From positions 9,920,001-9,984,000 of the forward strand of contig NC_081333.1 in the NCBI RefSeq assembly GCF_022539665.2: 64,000 nt of DNA, given 5' to 3'. Origin of the DNA: Daphnia carinata (taxonomy: Eukaryota). Both the position numbers and the translations under genes were made by a program. Of the stretch, positions 37,901 to 51,647 are shown one piece after another (position 1 is the first letter of the stretch; each line of letters begins with the position of its first letter). The notes under the pieces are model-generated. The model saw nothing but the letters and a program-made list of their open reading frames with translations, was not told the DNA's origin and made no database searches.

Positions 37901-40335
37901 AGATGGTCAGTCAAGGATGCCATGCTGGTTCCCTCGGAGATATGGACAGCACCGATCCACCCGATTGTCACCAAACCGATTAAACACAGTCCTAACAAAC
38001 GTTGATTTTAAAGTAGAAAGCACAAAATGCAGAAAATAAACATACCTATTACGAACGTGTTGAAGATGGTGCCCTATCGTTGCGACGATTAACCGATTGA
38101 AATCAATAAGGTCGACGAAAGAATGAGCATGAAAAAATCGAACATAAATAAAAATAAAAACCACAGCAACGCACAGTGACCGCATAGAAGAGGACGGTTC
38201 CAGTATTATCGGCAAACGCTCGGTCATACAGCGAATAAGAAGCTTCCAGAATGATGCTAAAAATCACGACAAGATGGGTGCCATTAACAAAACTTACAAG
38301 TTAATTAAGTGCGTCAGCATAGGTTCACTTGGAATAACGCGCGCAGCAGAAGTGAATAAGGTTTCACGATCAAAAAATTTAAGCGATTCCGAAGATTACT
38401 TACGGAGGCAGTAGAAAAAAAAAGAACAGTTTCGGTGTGAACGTGGGGAACATGAAACTTTCCTCGCCGGTCAATCCAGCCTGTTGACTTGAGCCTTGAA
38501 ATCCGGCCGCACTATATTAGATTAAATAATTCATGAGTAAATCCACATAAAGTTTTGAGTTTTGATGTTTTCTACTATTCCGCACACAAACAAAGTGTGA
38601 GAGTAGGAATAGAGTCAGCAGAATTACAACGAAAAATAATAATAAAAGAAAATGGCATTTAATGCGCCATCATTCAACTCAAAAGAGAGCTGGCTGAAAA
38701 ACACTAAGACTACAGCATAAAGGAAAAAAGGGAAAAGGATGTAACGTACTAAAGAATTCCGCCAACAGCTGTCCCGAGCAGAATCAGCAAGCTATTTGTC
38801 GAGTGTGTATGGGATCCCGCGTTACATGCAAGTGAAAACATATATAAGACTTCATGCTCAGTTGTGAGCTTCGAACAAAACAAGGAAGATGCACGACAAC
38901 AGACACAAACAACAAGAGCACGCACGAAGGCAGTAAACGTAAAAGCACCCCTTAAAATTGGATGGCCAAATGGAATGGTTGGGCCTACAATGTATTCAAA
39001 CTATGCTCATAGAATTTACCGTGCTATCATATTGCGCAACAAATTCCAAGCACTACATCTGACGATCATCACGTTCTTTTAGATTCCACGTACTTCTCAT
39101 AACTTTGTAATGAAATAATAAATATAGAATAAAGAAGGGAAGGGATCTAATAAGGTTTGCCTTGGCTTTCATTTAGAGTTCCAGCTTTTCAAGACATACT
39201 ATCCCGACTTCATGGCACTGATTTTCTAACCTCACATCCTCAGGAACTTGTGGGATGATCATGACATGAAACGCCACTTTTCGGGATTGATCTTCATTTT
39301 ATTCGTTGTGTTCTCGACTTTGGGACTAAAGTGAAAGTAAATGTCAAGGATGCCACCATCAACGAAGGGAATAACATCTCATCGGATTAAATATTAGAGT
39401 CATCGTATCAAGGTAATGGAAATTGAAATAAGGACAAGCTAAGGACGACAAGTAACAAATGATTGTCTGCCCTACATTTTACAGTTTTGGAAAAGTAAAG
39501 CCCACTGGCCCTGCGGTCGACATCTGCCTCCTTTTATTAAATACCCTACCTTATGAGCACTGACTACACCCAGACATCATTCACTCTTTGTGCCAAATAA
39601 AAAACCTTTAAAAAATGAAACAAGTTCGAATGGTCACTCACCATGATTCGGGTATCCTAGACGAGATGAAGTGTGCGTGATGGAAGGCTGTGGGCAAAAT
39701 AAAATGAATGTTGTAAGCATGGCGAATGTTGTAACAGAATGACAGAAGGCTATTTCAAAGTATATAGGGTCTGAATGTATAAAATATTATGGTATCTTTG
39801 GAACAATAATGTGATAGGTTTTTGTTTTACTAAAATTTTCGCTGGCTTCAATTTAAACCATTTGATTTACTGAATCTTGGCAATTCAATAGGATCAATTG
39901 AAAACAGAAATATTTTTCTGCCAGCAAAAGCTAGAAAAATATAAATCTTTTCCTTTTATCCAGCAATGATGAATAATTTGCCGAACAGAAGAGAAGAAAA
40001 AAATGAATGATTCTCTTACCCACTTTGGCCAAACCGGCCACAATAACGAAAGCAGTGAACGTGATGTAGATTCCAATTTCGTCCCAGCGAAAATCAGCCA
40101 CGTGAATTCCATGATGTTTTTTCCCTTCACCGTGATTCCCTTCGGCGTAAGTCGTCGGGTGACTCTTTGTTTCAGCTATGAAATTGATGTGGCCAGGTTT
40201 ATCTTCCAAGATCGGCACCACAAGCATCTGCCTCGTATTATAGTTAGCGTGCTCATCATCTGATTGATTCAATGCCGTTTCAGCGGGCGCCGCTAACATG
40301 GCACCGAGTAATAAAAGCAGAAACAGTTTCGACAT
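34970..40335 (-). CDS. NHE: Na+/H+ exchanger (CPA1/SLC9A, plasma-membrane NHE type, Drosophila Nhe2-like), paralog 1, multi-exon
   Basis: Signal peptide [115 protein letters not shown]; long cytosolic tail ending ...AKGDTEV* (TAA 34970-34972). Confidence 0.93.
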
Positions 40336-43325
40336 TGTTACGGAGCCTAGTCCTAGTTCTTCACTCTAAAGCCTGTTGGTTAAGTAAAAAGACAAATGCA
40401 TAGTTATTTTTAGTGTTCAATGTGTCCTTGCGATTTTCGCGCTAGTGACAGGAAAGGGCCTCATACCTATAGAATGTAGTGGTAATTTAAATGTTGAACG
40501 ATTTTACACGAAAGCTTTGAACCCGACAGCCTACGACGACCTACAAAAAAGGGGGTATGGGACTCAATCAATATTACCATAATGCAAAGGCAATGTGACA
40601 GACGTAGCAATGAAACAGCGGACTTGTTTTACAACTTTCGAGTTTGTTTATTCGATCTAACTTTGAGATTAAAGTATGGATACTATCAATTTCTTCCTTT
40701 TTAAGGTTCTAATTTCTTTCAAGCTGTTAGACGTTTACCCCACTATGGCAGCTAACTAAACTTTCCCCCTTCCAAATCCCTTTGTTTTTCTTCCTCATAA
40801 GAAAAAGTTTCCCAACGTTTTCACATAATAACCTTCCAGTATGCAAAATAAAAAAAGAAATCATACAGGAAGCAAATGAACACATTCAGTACGTTTCACT
40901 GAGTCACAACCAGTTAACGTCTAGTAACGCAGGGAACTGCCGGAAAGTGTAAAACAAAAAATGCCTGGATATTACACAGCCATTGATATAACACCTCCAC
41001 CTACGCATAATTTTTTTTAAGTCTTTTACGTGAACAGCATATGAGTTTTTTTTTTTCAGTTTGCACTCGTGCTATTTCACAGCATACAAAATTCTCCCAA
41101 GGTCGGGATGAGGTTATTCGCCAAGCAGTTAGGGTACCACAGAACGTATAGCTTATTGTTTGTTAGAGTTATCATACAAAATCTAAGCGTCTAGGTGTTT
41201 TCCTCCCTGTGTTCCCTTACTTTCGTCAAATACATGCCATGGTTTGTTTTGGCTTGAAACAGAAAAAATTCGGGATTCTAGGCACATCATTTTGACTTGC
41301 GTTACTAGGCCATTAACATTGTCCAATTCAATCACTATTCAAGCAGTAGAGTGTACTTATTGACACATTGGTCCTGCAGACCGACGTATTTATTGAAAAA
41401 AAAATTGTTCTTTGCTTACCAAATGTATGCTGCTGTCTCTTTAAGGAGTCCAATCTATAGACACAATCCACTATTGAAAAAATTTTTTAGCTTCAGCCGT
41501 TTCTGCGATACGCAGCTCTAATGGGAGCCAGACGAAAACTACCTGCTGATTACTTTCAGCTTGTCGCCCAAATGGTCCAAACTGAAGTGCATGTAAGTAA
41601 CAATCTTGATTTTAACAGAGACTTGAAGGAGGAGTTTGTTAATGCAAAAGAACCTTGGTATTGCAAATCCAGTCAGACAACATTTAGCACGTCATGCGTT
41701 CGAAGCATAATTTCAAGATGAAATGGAAGAACCTTTGTTTTAACAGAGCAAAGAACAATTCCTATTTTAGCTACGATGATTGTCATTGCTACGACATTGG
41801 ACGCCTTGGAGAAGCCTCAGAATAATGAACGTACAAGGTTTTAACCACCCTTTATGAAACCACCCTGGCTAAATTAGTCCATTGGTAACAACAGTTGCCA
41901 GAAGAGTTGCAAATGTAAATAACGTTTAGAAAGTGCAGTATTGAAGTCAGCACATAATAGAATGATTAAAATTGTGAATGACATAAAATCAAAAAAAATT
42001 TTCTACGAGAGTAAAACATTTGATGTCCTAGACATTTGCTGTTTCCTTTATTGTTAATTAAAAAGTAAAAATAAAGGATAAAAGTTTTCCCTTCTGTTGA
42101 TTTTGAATTTCCCTCCTGGCATTTTAAACTTGTCGTAAAAGTTTACCAGTACATTTCCTTGTTAAGTTGTTACCACGCCCTTTCGTCGAGCAAACCTTGG
42201 CTAACCTTCACCGAGAAAAAAAAAATCATGACAACTAATTAATGCCCATAATCCCTTATAGAATTTTTAGGAAAAAAATAGGGTATTACTAGTCGACGTA
42301 CATGGTCTTAGTGATTAAAAATAAATTATTATGCAACAAGGTAGCACGGCGGTTAAGTAGACCATGAAATGATTCCAATTCAGAACGTTAACCTACATTT
42401 TTACAAAGGTGGTGTTTCCAACGGGGGTTTCCCCTCTTCTTTATTTTACAATTGGAATAATATCATGTTCTAAATTTATTTGTATTTCCTTTATAAGCTA
42501 CTTTCTTAGCTTTCTTGTACTTATCTTTGCAACGTCAATCCATTTTATTTCAAACACAACACGTCCTGAAACACAACTCGTTCCTAAATGCACTTCTGTT
42601 GGAACCTTTCTCAGTTCCTCCTTCTATGGGACAGTGACAGTTACGTAGACGTTGGAAAAAAAGACTCAGGGCGATTTATGTTCGAATGCTAACATCCCCA
42701 CAAAAATAAAATACGCCCACAAAAGACGTGCCAATAGATGGTAGTATAGGGAAGGATCGAACCCAGCCTCCTTTCTCCCAAAGAGTGATACGAAAAAAGG
42801 AAACAATGTGGTGAATTGATGAGTCAAGAACGAGAAAAATCCTGATATGACGACTGTTTATTATTGACGTCATGTCACTGTATTATTTATTCTCTAGAAA
42901 AGAATTAACAACCATAATGCAATTAAGGAAAATCAAATAACGGTGGTGAGGCATGTTCCTGGTATGGCGCCGTTTCATAAAAAAAAAACATAACAAAATA
43001 AACCGTAACCATAAGTATCTTGCATAACCAAACTTTCAAATGTGTGCTGTATCGGCGGTGTTTTTCAATTCCACCAGCCCAAAAAGTGCAGTAATGTCAA
43101 CCATATAATGAACAAGAGAAGATTACCTCAATACAGGTGTACCGTGAAATACTTGTATACACTGTAAAATTTCTTTATTGGCGTAGACGGTTCTAATACC
43201 TAGACCTAAAAAATAAATGCACTTCATAAAATGGCGTATCAATGAGGAAGAGTTTGTAGATATTATATATCATATTATTGATTTTTCAACGTGTGAAATC
43301 CCATTTGGAAAGACAAATTATAGTC

Positions 43326-46300
43326 CTACACTCCAGTTTCTCTGCTAGCACCCGGTCGAGCAGGACGGCTACTTTTGCTCGTATCTAGAGGATGTCCGTC
43401 TTCACCATTTTCGATGTCTAGGATCTTCAAACTGGACGCACTGTGCTCTCCATCGCGCTCGGCGATGACTCGCAACGGAGCAAAGCCAGAAGGCCTCAGA
43501 TTTTCTAATCTCGGTCGCTTGCTCACTCCACTGACTGAAGACTTTTCGTTTTCAATGGCATATTCAGACGGCTGTTGTTGGCTATTTCTGGTCGGGGATG
43601 TGGATCGTCGATTTTCCTTTTTAGCACCTTGAGGCCGTGCTGTTGTCTCTCCACTCACTGGCGGAGAGCCAACCACACGATGAACGAAAAATATCGTGTT
43701 TTTATCATAGAATTCAATTACCTGAAAATGGAAAACAGGTTCCGCTGTCGAAACTGGACGTTGGGTTAACACCGGCATTGCTTATCGACTTCGGAGAACT
43801 CGGTGATTCTGGGCTGGACAGCGGAGAATTGAAAACGGAAGAAACTGCCTGGGGGAAACGTCCTCCAGTTGGCATAGGGCTTGACACGCTAGATAGTCGT
43901 CGTCGAAGTGCCATTTCGATTTCTGGTAAATCATCATCTCCAATCAGATTTCGATTGTGTTTCTGGTAGACCTGAATACAAAATGAGGTATTTCTCTATG
44001 TAAGAATTCCCTGACGAAATTGTGAAAATATGCAAAATGTACCCGTTTGTATTGATTGCTGCTAGTGGTGCGAAGAGCTTTGCGGAATGCGTGAGCAGTC
44101 GCATCTGGATCGAGGGAACCGCTGTTGGTCGATTCACCGCTGTTCGGTCTTGATTGTCTTCCCTTAATGCCCTTAATGCGCAACTGAACATCAGGGAACT
44201 CTGACAGTCCGGGCACGTTTTCGTTGTAAGGCCGCATCGGATTGTAAGACCCTGGAGTGGAAGCCCGCGCTGGCATCATGCTGCCGGGTGGTGCGCTGCT
44301 TTGCCGCACCAACGGGTATTTACCTCTCATCGGTTTTTTGAATTGGTTCACCACTTGACCAGGCAATGGTGGCTGAAACAGTAACGGCGAAAATTCTACA
44401 TCGTCACTAATTGGCAAAGGAGATGTTGGTTCTTTCGCCGTCGGAGCAACCTCCGGTGCTCGTTCCTCAATTTTGGCCGTACTGGCAACTGGAGTAAAGC
44501 CTGTATGCTCACCAGTTCCAGCGTACATGTTTGCCGCATGTTCCCTATGGCACACATTTTAAAATAGTGATTTCCTAGCCTGATTGGATGAAAATTAAGA
44601 ATTCTAACTTACGATAGAGTCAATTTTTCGAACAAACGCTGCAAGCTGTTCTTGTCCGTGCTGCGCGTAAAGATGGGTCTCAGGTATAATTCGTCAATGT
44701 GCTCAATTTTCTCCTGGTAACTCGAGAGTACCGAAACATTAGTATTTTAGATGTCGAAGCTTTGAAAAATAGTGCGTTACCCTGAAAAAATTATTGCCAC
44801 GATGACCACAGATCTCCTCAATTCCGGCACACAAGTGATCAAACATCTAAAAGATAGAATGGTAAATAATTAGGATAAAAACGAACACATTCAAATTGGA
44901 GTGATATTACAAACCGTTTCATTCATTTCGTTCATTAGATACTTGACAGTTTTGCTATCTTTTTGAATGTGAAGAAGCCGTACGAAGAGCTTAATGGTCC
45001 CACCCTAGGTTTTCGTTATCGGATCGATTACTTTAGTTTAGATTTTATCGGATAAAAAAAGCTTACTTGTACGAAGACAGTAAAGAGAATAACAGCTAAC
45101 GTGGTTGTGACAAACATCTGACGGGGTTGGATGACGCTAGGCAGAAGCATCTCCACCAACGAGAAGCTGACAGCTCCTCGCAATCCTCCATAAGCCATGA
45201 TAAATTGCTCTTGCAAGTTGACTGGCTTGAGCCGGAATCGATTGGCAATGGCAGTCAGGATAAACACGCCTTAAAAAACGGAGGACAAAAAAGGAACATT
45301 GATCGAATCGGGAAACGTAATTTTCGAGGATTAATTCCAAATGATCCAACTTTTAGGCCATAGAAATGCTATGATTACCGAGGAATCGGACAACGAGGCA
45401 CAAAAGCAGAGTCCATAGGACGAAACCAGTGTGCCATTCGTGGACGTCATTGACCAGCACCATGCCCAAAAACAGGAAGATGATGGCGTCACTGGTAGAA
45501 CTGAGCATTTTGATGAAATACTTGACGGTCGTGTAAGATTTGTGCGAGACATTCGCGAAGGCGTAATGGGCTTGAACAAGGCCACATCCGATACAGCTAA
45601 GCAAGACAATCCACCCCGTTAATGTCAAGACATGTTCAAAGTCCATAAGAAATTGGTAGAATATAACCTTACCTGATGATGCCCGAAAAATGGAACAATT
45701 CTGCGCATAGGTAAGAGAAATAAGCCATTCCTAGTACAGCCAAAGGTTCAACAACTAACGCCATACAAATTCAGGAAAAAAAAACGAGAAGACATAAGAA
45801 TTAACACAGACGTATGTTAAATTGAGTAGCGATGAAACAAGCACGAATGTCGAGCATACCCCGAACTTCGGACGTGGTACGAGTAATGAGCGCCGTCAGC
45901 AGTCCGCAGAGAATGCCGATACCAAGTCCGCCAAGACTTATGGTGAAGAAGGAGACGATGCCTAGGGCATACTGTCCTCCAGCAACATTGCCTTCCATTT
46001 GGGCAAAGACGACCATCATGGAATAGAGGACAACGGTCACAGCATCTACAATTAGCAATAAAACGAGGTACATACGGTATATCGGTAGCGTTTTCACAGA
46101 CGGATCCCTGTATTGGGTCACGTGATTCGAACGCGTCAAGAAAGGGATCGATAATCACTCTGGCCATGCTAGGATGGGCAGACTAACCCGGCATAGAAGT
46201 ATGTAGCAGCCAAGATCAATAAACACGTACAACACATTCTGGTATAGCTTGAGAAAAAAGACTGCATCAGCTCACATGAAGAAGAATTGAATATTGGGAA

Positions 46301-49300
46301 CAATCAAACAAGTCATTCAACAAGAAAATTCTCTAGACGAATATAATCTCGTTGAGTTTTCTCTTTCCAGTACGTCGGCATATCTATCTTTCTAAGGAAT
46401 GAAACATTCCGCAGGGACATGGTCCCGCGATAGTTTGCTACCACCTATTGACGGAAATGATTGAACATAACCCGGAAAGGAACAAAGACAGTTCTTTTCT
46501 TTTGATGCCTTCATCTTCCGGGCACTTCACACTTGAGAGTTGCACCTTTCTTTTTATCATTAACCTTCGTCTTGCTTGCAGAATCAATGATTTCCGGGCT
46601 TTCATCCAAAACGACGTGACAACGGCCAAGTAGCAAACAAAAACAGAGTGAAAAAAAGGCGATTCTCTTGCGTGTCATTTCACTCGATCCGTTGGCATGC
46701 AAAAGGAAAAGAGCTCAATTGGATGGTAAGCGCTAGTACGTACCGTTAAGCAAAGACTCGCCAAAAACGAGGAAGTAAAGGTCTTTATTGATGCCAACTT
46801 CTTGAAAAATGGCCAGAACAGCCACGGGATCAACGGCTGAGATGAGAGACGAAAAGACTAGGCAGTCGGTGGCCTTTAGAGTGTAAAACGGGCCCGCCCA
46901 CCACTCAACATTGCTTTCTTCGGGTACGCGGACAGCTCCGATCCAACCAATTGTCACCAGTCCGAGTAACGAGAATCCTTTAATTTTTTTTTATTCAAAG
47001 AACAAAACATCATTAAAACGACGCTTTGTGACTAAATCGTTGCGCTAATAAAGCACTATCTAGGGAAAATAATACGTCATGAAAATAGTGAAGAACAGTG
47101 AGACACTATGTACTCTATTATCTATCAGCTACGATTGTTTGTTTCAAAATGGTATGTTTGTACTTAAACTGTATTCATGAAATGAATTGTGGGAAATCTA
47201 CTTTAACGTACAGGTTAACTTGATCCAGCTTACTTTATTTCAAGTTAAGTTTTTTAACGCGATGCTAAACAAGTCAATAAGTGCGCTCGAGGAAAGGAGT
47301 CGTTTACGATTGCTCACGGCGGAGCTCCAAGTCTTTTTAACGGTCTATATTATTTTTTTTTTCCCCTTGCACGAAGGAATTTGTGCCTACTAAACTACAC
47401 TGTGTATAACGAAACAGCAGGTCTGGGATTGTGTGCTGTCAATTTCGAAGCAACTGCAAGGTTTTTTTATCTTCTACTGGCTTTCGTCCGATCGGAACCA
47501 AACGAAAAAAAAAGAGACCAACAAAAAGATTTCGAGGATAGAGACATATACTGTGAGAGAGAGAGAGGATAAGACGACCGAATAACTGTGTAAGACCCCA
47601 TGAATCGGCTATGTATAGCTCCTGACGTGGAAAGGTTAGCTCATTTCTATTTCCCTCTTTTTTGGCAAAGGAAAGCCGAAACGTTTGGCTCTTTAAGAGA
47701 CCCCTATCGATCAGCGGGAAAAGACATTTGACATAAAACAGACAAGACATGCGTGATAAAGAAAAGGCCAACGATTATCGCGTGCCTACTTTACATCAAC
47801 ATCGTGTTCAAATTGTTGTTCGTTATGCCCCACTACACAAGAATTGGCTTTTAAAAAATCTGACTTCTCCTGTGTAAAAATTTTCAAGCTTAAATTTTGA
47901 TCTAATCAAAGAAATAGGAAGTTGAAACGGAACACTCACCAATTAGGAAGGTATTGAAGATGGTCCCCTGTTATCCGGTCGGGGATGAAATGAAACGGAA
48001 AAACATAATTTTAACAAAGAAGAAATAGTAAGAGGGGAAAAAGAAACAGATAAGAGAAACAAACAAAAAAAAAAAGAAGATCACGATAAATCATCACACG
48101 CTAATAGGCGCCCCTGTCAGCACGTCGTGCGTGAAACACGACCGCAACAGCCAACACCAGTAGCGGCTTCGAGAACTGTGTGGCCTTTTGAACCTCACCG
48201 AAAGTCGATAAAAAAAAGACACAAGATCGAGTTGGGGGTAAATTGATCTACCCCGTCTCTGTGCCATGAATCGTGTAATTGGATGGCATGTTTCCATCAG
48301 TACTTTCAACTCTCTTCGACATACGATAGGCTGTCACTGTTACTTGTTCATATTCACCGCTACTGGTGCCCGCTATTGCGTGTCTGCCGCTCTCTCTCTA
48401 GATTTTCTTGCACACAAGACACAAACACAGTGGACTACTAAACGGGAAAGACGAAGACGTATAGGGAACTATTGGGTGGTAAGAGGACAGAAGACTAGCT
48501 AATAGTAAAAAAAAATTTGATTCGGATTTTCTATTCATGTTTAAATCCTTTCTACCGAGTTTTTAGAGCAAGAACAAAAAGGAAAAGGCAAACTCACAAT
48601 GACTGCGTAGAAGAGGACTGTCCCGACATTATCAGCAAAGGCTCGGTCGTACAGCGAATAGGACGATTCCAGAATGATACTATATGTATATATATAACAC
48701 GAGTAGGATGTTGGTGCGAGAGATCAAACAAATATGTGAATGCGACAAAAGCCTAAACAGATCTAACTAAAATAAATCAAAATAGCAATAATGATGAATC
48801 ATAAAAGGAATGGCTCAATCATCCGATTCAATGGATGAACTCAGTTCGATGGCACGTTGCCAACGACGATACATTATCGGGAATAGTTTCATACATGTTC
48901 TGAGCCTGCTTTTCATTTTTGTTTTGGTGGGGATGGTGGTGGAGGGTGTTCCATATATAGTTCTGCTGCAGCTGTCTGCACTTTTCCCGGATTGATTGCA
49001 TGGCGTGTCATACACTTATTTGTTTTGCTACACGGCCTCAACATAAACAACAACGCAAAGAAAAAAAAAAAATTAAAAGAAAACTCACGGTGGTAGTAGA
49101 ATCAAGAAGAAGAGTTTCGGCGTGAATGTTGGGAATCTGAAAGCTTCGTCGCTGTCCGAATTGGAAACTGGGTTACAGCCTGGGATTCGTGTTGCGCCCC
49201 TCACTCCTTCACATAAGCCAACTCCGGCAGCACTGTTTCGTTGTCAGTAATTTATGCCATAGTTTTATGTACGTCGGGAAGCCATTTGTTGTTGCGTTGG

Positions 49301-51647
49301 GTCAAACGACATAGTTGCACCAATCGGGATGGACGTAGGGTTGGTAGAATAGCAAAAAGAAAAGAAAAATGAGACAGACAAATGAGACGAGTTTTTTTGT
49401 TAAGTTATTGCACTGCAAGCAGCAGCCCAACAAAAAGCTTTTCTTCCAAGAAAAGGGTCAGTAAAATAAGAAAAAAAAAAGAGAAAAGGAATGGATGGAT
49501 GAAAGCTCAGCATGTGACTTACTAGAGAATTCCGCCGACAGCGGTCCCGAGAAGAATCAGCAAGCTGCTCGGTCGAATTGTGTAGAAAATCCCCGCGTTA
49601 CATGCAAGTAGATCCAAACATTATATTTTATGTCTAGCCTTGTAAGCAGAAAACGGGAAGGAACACAATAAGAAACATGTAACAGTGGATGCATCTGAAT
49701 GAAAAAAAAAAGGAAGGAAGCGAGACGGACACGAGAAATGCAAGAAAAGAACGTGACAAACGAACGGTCAATAGAGTCGCATCGCTGAATTGAGTAACAA
49801 AAACATGGACATTGGCGACGTGCTGTCATAATAACAAATTGTGGGTACTAGTATCAACAAAGATCCTTTTATTTATACAGAGCGCCGTTCGCACTCTGTC
49901 CAGTGTTCTGCGCTACGGAATAAGACGGTGCCGCACGTCTTGTTCATCGTTTATCAAATATTTACGACCTTCCCAAGTTTATCGATGAACATGAATCGAT
50001 TTCATGGCAAACTTTTTAAGTACGGCCCCCTAACTGAGCCAGTACAGCTGAAGCGTATCTTCAAAGCCATCAAAAAGCACAATCTTTATTTTTCAATCAG
50101 GCAATAATTTCTGATTTGTCAATTCCTTTTTTTTGTAAATTTGGAACCCTTGAAAAAACGGCTATGGAAGATGTAAATCACGTCGAAAAAAAAAAATGCT
50201 TTTAGTTCTTATGTATAGAAGTAACGTTGATTACAATAGATTAGACATAAAATGTACTTTGATACACGATAAGAGGGATTACGTAAGATTCCGCGACAGC
50301 AAATCTCTACACGATGACGACAAAGATCAATAAGTATCGCAACATTTTGCAATTCGTGTCTCTTTTCGTACGGCATGAACTCAATTGGAAACATCAGACG
50401 AGTCGTCGCCCAATTAGTCTGTTAATAGTAGGAAAAGCAAAGTAAAACCAGTACTGGCCACTCACCATGACTCGGGAATTCTCGACGAGATGACGTGTGC
50501 GTGATGGAAAGCTGGTAACAAAAGAGACGAATAGCATGTGCCGAATGAAGATACCATCGAATCATGAAATTGAAACGTAAAAAAAAAATGATTGTCAGAA
50601 AAGGATTTAAAAAATACATATCCTGTCCTTCTTTATTATCTATGCACTAAGATACTCGTTATGAAACTCCTACACAGTACAATGTACCAACGGAGCCGTT
50701 ATCATGCAACAGTTATTTCCGTTGACGTTTGCAGTGAACTATAAAATGTAGGTATATCCCCAACTTTGATACTTTTGGTACTCATAAAAGCTAATTTGCT
50801 TTTTTCCCTTCCAGTAGGAATTGACTGACTGTGGCATGAAACAAAAGGGCTACCAAAATCGGGGCAGACGACAACCTTACATTGAATCAGAAGAAACTGC
50901 ATAATATGTATAATATGTGATCTTTACACAATTAAAATAATGATTCGCCGTTGAAAACATCAACTACAATCCCTTTTCCATTTGCATAACTGGTGAAAAA
51001 AATGATGAATTGAATTATTGGTTCAGAGTAACACTTTCAATTTCACTGGCTTTGTCGACTAGGAGAAATCTACCCTTTTTTGTAACACTATACGGATATT
51101 ACAAAAACCCTTGTGCTATACGGTAACCAATTGGTCGCAAAGAAGTGAAAGCTAGAAAAAAAGATTCATTACCCACTTTGGCCAAACCGGCCACGATGAT
51201 GAAAGTGGTGAACGTGATGTAGATCCCAATCTCGTCCCAACGCCAACTGGCCACATGGATACCGTTATGTACTTCTTCGTCATGACTTTCATCGTCGTGA
51301 GTAGATCGATTTTCTAACAGTGGCGCGGAATGATTCATTTCATCTTTCTCCACTATGGCTGGATGGTTGATTTCGTCTTCTTCGCCGTTTGCCACATCTT
51401 TCCACCGTCTGGATCGTCTGCTTTTATGATGACGTAGCTCTGATTGCTTTTGTTGTTTGTGCAACCAGTGCCAGAATTGTCGTTCACTATCTCCACTGCT
51501 GATGCTGGTGGTTTGAACCACGAATGGTTGTGGCTGAGACACCTGCTTCAGGTCGCCATTGACGTACAACTGGTGATTCCGTTCCGTTGTTGCACTAGCT
51601 GAGCTCAGCGTTGCATGCAGCAACAACAGAAGTAACATAATCGCCAT
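43326..51647 (-). CDS. NHE: Na+/H+ exchanger (CPA1/SLC9A), paralog 2, multi-exon
   Basis: Signal peptide [92 protein letters not shown]. Intron positions match paralog 1. Last exons joined via donor ~43722 and acceptor ~43629; stop TAG 43326-43328. Confidence 0.92.

Noticed and set aside
41521..41830. Short plus-strand ORF with GT-AG-like signals between the NHE genes
   Set aside because: Interrupted by stops and no recognisable family; may be a decayed element but cannot be supported by eye.
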